NCBI RefSeq assembly: GCF_001677475.2
Contig: NZ_CP015229.1
Length of the DNA stretch: 64,000 nt
From: Escherichia coli
GTDB taxonomy: Bacteria > Pseudomonadota > Gammaproteobacteria > Enterobacterales > Enterobacteriaceae
Direction: 5' to 3' (one strand)
Shown: positions 61,147-64,000 of the stretch, one piece after another
How positions within the stretch are numbered: position 1 is the first letter of the stretch
Layout of the letters: each line of letters starts with the position of its first letter
Notes under the pieces: model-generated
Databases searched by the model: none
Told to the model about the DNA's origin: nothing
Seen by the model: the letters and a program-made list of their open reading frames with translations, nothing else
Translations under genes and position numbers: made by a program

Positions 61147-61180
61147 GAAACAGCGGACCAGCCGCTGTTTCTTTTTCTTT
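61147..61180 (+). terminator. plus-strand-oriented intrinsic-terminator-like hairpin in the fadD-yeaY spacer
   Basis: gaaacagcgg-acca-ccgctgtttc followed by tttttcttt on the plus strand; no plus-strand gene upstream. Confidence 0.5.
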
Positions 61181-61192
61181 AAAAACAAGCAA

Positions 61193-61774
61193 TTATTCAG
61201 TTACAACTGTTTGTACTCTCGCGGGGCCGGGATTATACCAACCCCATCCACCGTAGCCATAGGGCCAGCCACGACCACCATAAAACCATGGATCAATCGG
61301 CTGAGGCGGCATAATCACCTGCTGGGTTAAATGCCAACGTTTGTAACCCGTTACCTGCATCACCATAAATTTATAGGGCGTGTTGCCGATTTTGCCGTCA
61401 ACCGCACCGGTGATTGGCCCAACTACCGTAACCAGTTGTCCACGGAAATCTACCGGGTCCAGAAAACCGTTCACATCAGCATAAATGCGACCGCGAGAAG
61501 GTTCTCCCAGCGTCGGTCTGGCTCCGCTGTCCAGTGGTACGGTGGCAATTTCCAGGCGGGTTTTCCCTTGCTGGTTTTGTACCGCAACCACTTTGCCACC
61601 AAAGCGTGCCTCCTGACCAACGTACAGCTGCGGCGCACTCATCACCCGAACTAAATCTTGTTGCGGCGTGGGACTGCTGCCTTTAATGGCGTCCGGCACA
61701 GTGACACAACCGCTCAGCATTAGCGCAAACGTACCTGCCAGTATGCCTTTGATAACATTCTTTTGAACCGCCAT
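61193..61774 (-). CDS. yeaY: Slp-family outer membrane lipoprotein
   Basis: ORF track 193 aa with lipobox LSGC. Confidence 0.8.
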
Positions 61775-61813
61775 GATGCGACTCCTTTTTTTCTCAGGGC
61801 ATACTCTTAAGAT

Positions 61814-62509
61814 TCATTCTTTGCCCGGAAGTTTCTTCCATGCGACGTTGTTACGTAAATAAACCGGTTCGGCATGTTCCACCGCCACCGTTTTACCCTC
61901 GGCAAACATCTGACAAGCAATCGGCAGCATATCTTCTGCGGCGGGGAGTAACACTTCGCCATCGCGCAAAACCAACCCGCTCTCTTTACCGAGATCCGGC
62001 CAGGCTTGCCAGCCCGTCCCTACCGTCACCCATTCGCCGGAAAGCTGTTGCATTCGTTCATGAACGAGTTCGGGTTTGAGTACGGCTTCGGTTTCTTCAC
62101 CGTGCCAGATACCGTTTTCATCACGCTGATATTCGGCCCAGTAAACTTCGCCCATTCGCGCGTCAATGGCTGACAGCACGCGTGTTGCGCCGTTTTTGCG
62201 CCACGCCCCTTGCGCCATCGTCATTAGCGTGGAGACGCCAATCATCGGCAGCTCCGCGCCAAGCGCCAGCCCTTGCGCGATGCCAATACCAATGCGCACG
62301 CCAGTAAAGCTACCGGGGCCGCGCCCGTAAGCCAGAGCATTTATGTCCGTCAGGGAAGTTCCGCTGGTGGTCAGGATATCCTGCACCATCGGTAAGATTC
62401 GTTGAGTATGTTCACGAGGGCAAAGCTCAAAATGAGCGTTGACAGTACCGTCGTTCCACAGGGCGACAGAGCAGGCCTCTGTCGCGGTATCGATAGCCAG
62501 AATTCGCAT
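61814..62509 (-). CDS. tsaB: tRNA threonylcarbamoyladenosine biosynthesis protein TsaB
   Basis: ORF track 231 aa [17 protein letters not shown]... Confidence 0.85.
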   Translation of the reverse strand: MRILAIDTATEACSVALWNDGTVNAHFELCPREHTQRILPMVQDILTTSGTSLTDINALAYGRGPGSFTGVRIGIGIAQGLALGAELPMIGVSTLMTMAQGAWRKNGATRVLSAIDARMGEVYWAEYQRDENGIWHGEETEAVLKPELVHERMQQLSGEWVTVGTGWQAWPDLGKESGLVLRDGEVLLPAAEDMLPIACQMFAEGKTVAVEHAEPVYLRNNVAWKKLPGKE

Positions 62510-62566
62510 GGGTCTTCGTGCTTAGATCAATAAAAAGGCGCGCATCATACCATACTCCATCACAAA

Positions 62567-64000
62567 TTACCTGGAGGATGGTATCGCAAGGAAACGAACC
62601 GCACGGGCAATGTCACGGGTGCGCGGCGCTGGCGGCAGACTGGCGAGAAACGTCGCGCCGTAAGGGCGCATCACCAGCCGATTATCGCAAATCACCAAAA
62701 CCCCTCGATCGTCGGCGTCGCGAATCAGTCGCCCTACCCCCTGTTTGAGAGTAATGACCGCATCCGGCAGCTGTACTTCATCGAACGGGTCGCCTCCGCG
62801 CAAACGGCAATCTTCCATGCGCGCTTTTAATAGTGGATCATCCGGTGAGGTAAACGGCAACTTGTCGATAATCACCAATGACAATGTATCGCCACGCACA
62901 TCCACCCCTTCCCAGAAGCTGCTGGTTGCCACAAGAAGCGCGTTACCGGCGCTGACAAATTGCTGCAACAGTTGCCCTTTGCTGGTTTCCCCCTGCAACA
63001 AAACGGGAAGCGTCATGGTAGCGCGGAACTGCTCGGCCAGATCGCGCATCATGGCGTGCGAGGTACAAAGCATAAAACAACGACCGTTGTTAGCCTCGAT
63101 GATCGGTCGCAGCATTGCCGCCAGTTGCCTTGCGGAACCCGGTTGATTGGTTTGCGGCAGGTTGCGCGGCACACAGAGTAACGCCTGGCGGCTGTAATCA
63201 AACGGGCTGGGTAACAGCAACGACTCTGCCTGTTCAATGCCAAGCCGCGAGGTAAAATGATGCAGATCGTCATTCACCGACAGCGTTGCTGAGGTAAAGA
63301 TCCAGCTACCTGGTTTTTGCGCCATTAACTCTTTGAATTTATCCGCCACGCTGAGCGGCGTGAGTGCCAGAGTAAAATGGCGCGAAGTGCATTCGTACCA
63401 GTAGCTGTAGCCCGGCTGATTGATCTCTTTTAGCCGTTTCAGCCGCGTGCGATACAACGTGGCGCGCTCAAATGCCGCATCCAGCAAGGCGGAACGCCCC
63501 AGCGACAGTTTCGCCACGTCATAACAAAGTTCCAGGGTGTCATCGAGCAGTAAAAACGCCCGTTGAATTTGCGGATTAGCTAACAGTTCGCGCAGGTTTC
63601 CGCGATAACCTGGCTCGCCTAATTGCAGACGAAAATCCTGCGCACTCTGGGCAAGACGGTCGGCGCATTTTTGTAACTGCTGAGTGTCTTTTAATTCGGT
63701 GCGATAGGCGATGGTGATGTCTTTTGCCAGGTCGAGCAGTTGTCGACTGGAGAGTGACTGACCAAAATACTGGCTGGCAATGTCGGGCAGTTGGTGGGCT
63801 TCGTCGAAGATCATCACGTCAGCTTCCGGGATCAGTTCGCCAAATCCACTCTCTTTCACCACCATATCCGCCAGAAAGAGATGATGGTTTACCACCACCA
63901 CATCGGCGTCCATCGCTTTTTTGCGTGCTTTGACTACAAAGCAATCTTTATACATCGGGCAGTCGCTGCCAAGGCAGTTATCGTTGGTGCTGGTGACAAG
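62567..64000 (-). CDS. yoaA: DinG-family ATP-dependent helicase YoaA; C-terminal part only, 5-prime end beyond the window
   Basis: Minus-strand frame open to the window end; ORF track lists 462 aa from an internal Met; DEAH box (IFDEAH) present. Confidence 0.85.
   Translation of the reverse strand, partial: LVTSTNDNCLGSDCPMYKDCFVVKARKKAMDADVVVVNHHLFLADMVVKESGFGELIPEADVMIFDEAHQLPDIASQYFGQSLSSRQLLDLAKDITIAYRTELKDTQQLQKCADRLAQSAQDFRLQLGEPGYRGNLRELLANPQIQRAFLLLDDTLELCYDVAKLSLGRSALLDAAFERATLYRTRLKRLKEINQPGYSYWYECTSRHFTLALTPLSVADKFKELMAQKPGSWIFTSATLSVNDDLHHFTSRLGIEQAESLLLPSPFDYSRQALLCVPRNLPQTNQPGSARQLAAMLRPIIEANNGRCFMLCTSHAMMRDLAEQFRATMTLPVLLQGETSKGQLLQQFVSAGNALLVATSSFWEGVDVRGDTLSLVIIDKLPFTSPDDPLLKARMEDCRLRGGDPFDEVQLPDAVITLKQGVGRLIRDADDRGVLVICDNRLVMRPYGATFLASLPPAPRTRDIARAVRFLAIPSSR

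Overview
This window reads as a contiguous stretch of Escherichia coli core chromosome, colinear with the K-12 MG1655 interval chbC (b1737) to yoaA (b1808). Gene identities were assigned by recognising the six-frame translations from memory of the K-12 proteins; no search or alignment was run, and start codons were adjusted by eye. About 66 protein-coding genes are called, including chbCB, osmE, nadE, cho, ves, spy, astCADBE, xthA, ydjXYZ-ynjABCDE, gdhA, topB, selD, sppA, ansA, pncA, msrB, gapA, yeaGH, three diguanylate cyclase genes, dmlRA, yeaVWX, rnd, fadD and tsaB. I see no tRNA, rRNA, CRISPR array, IS element, integrase or prophage gene. I did not find a clearly novel system; most of the window is well-characterised core genome. 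Two features differ from what I recall of K-12: (1) pncA and yeaC are only 160 bp apart, so the roughly 9-10 kb ydjLKJIHGFE cluster is absent, with a REP-like palindrome at the junction; (2) yeaP/dgcP is split by a frameshift between its N-terminal sensor region and its GGDEF domain. The most under-characterised loci are the ydjXYZ-ynjABCDE operon and the yeaG-yeaH pair.
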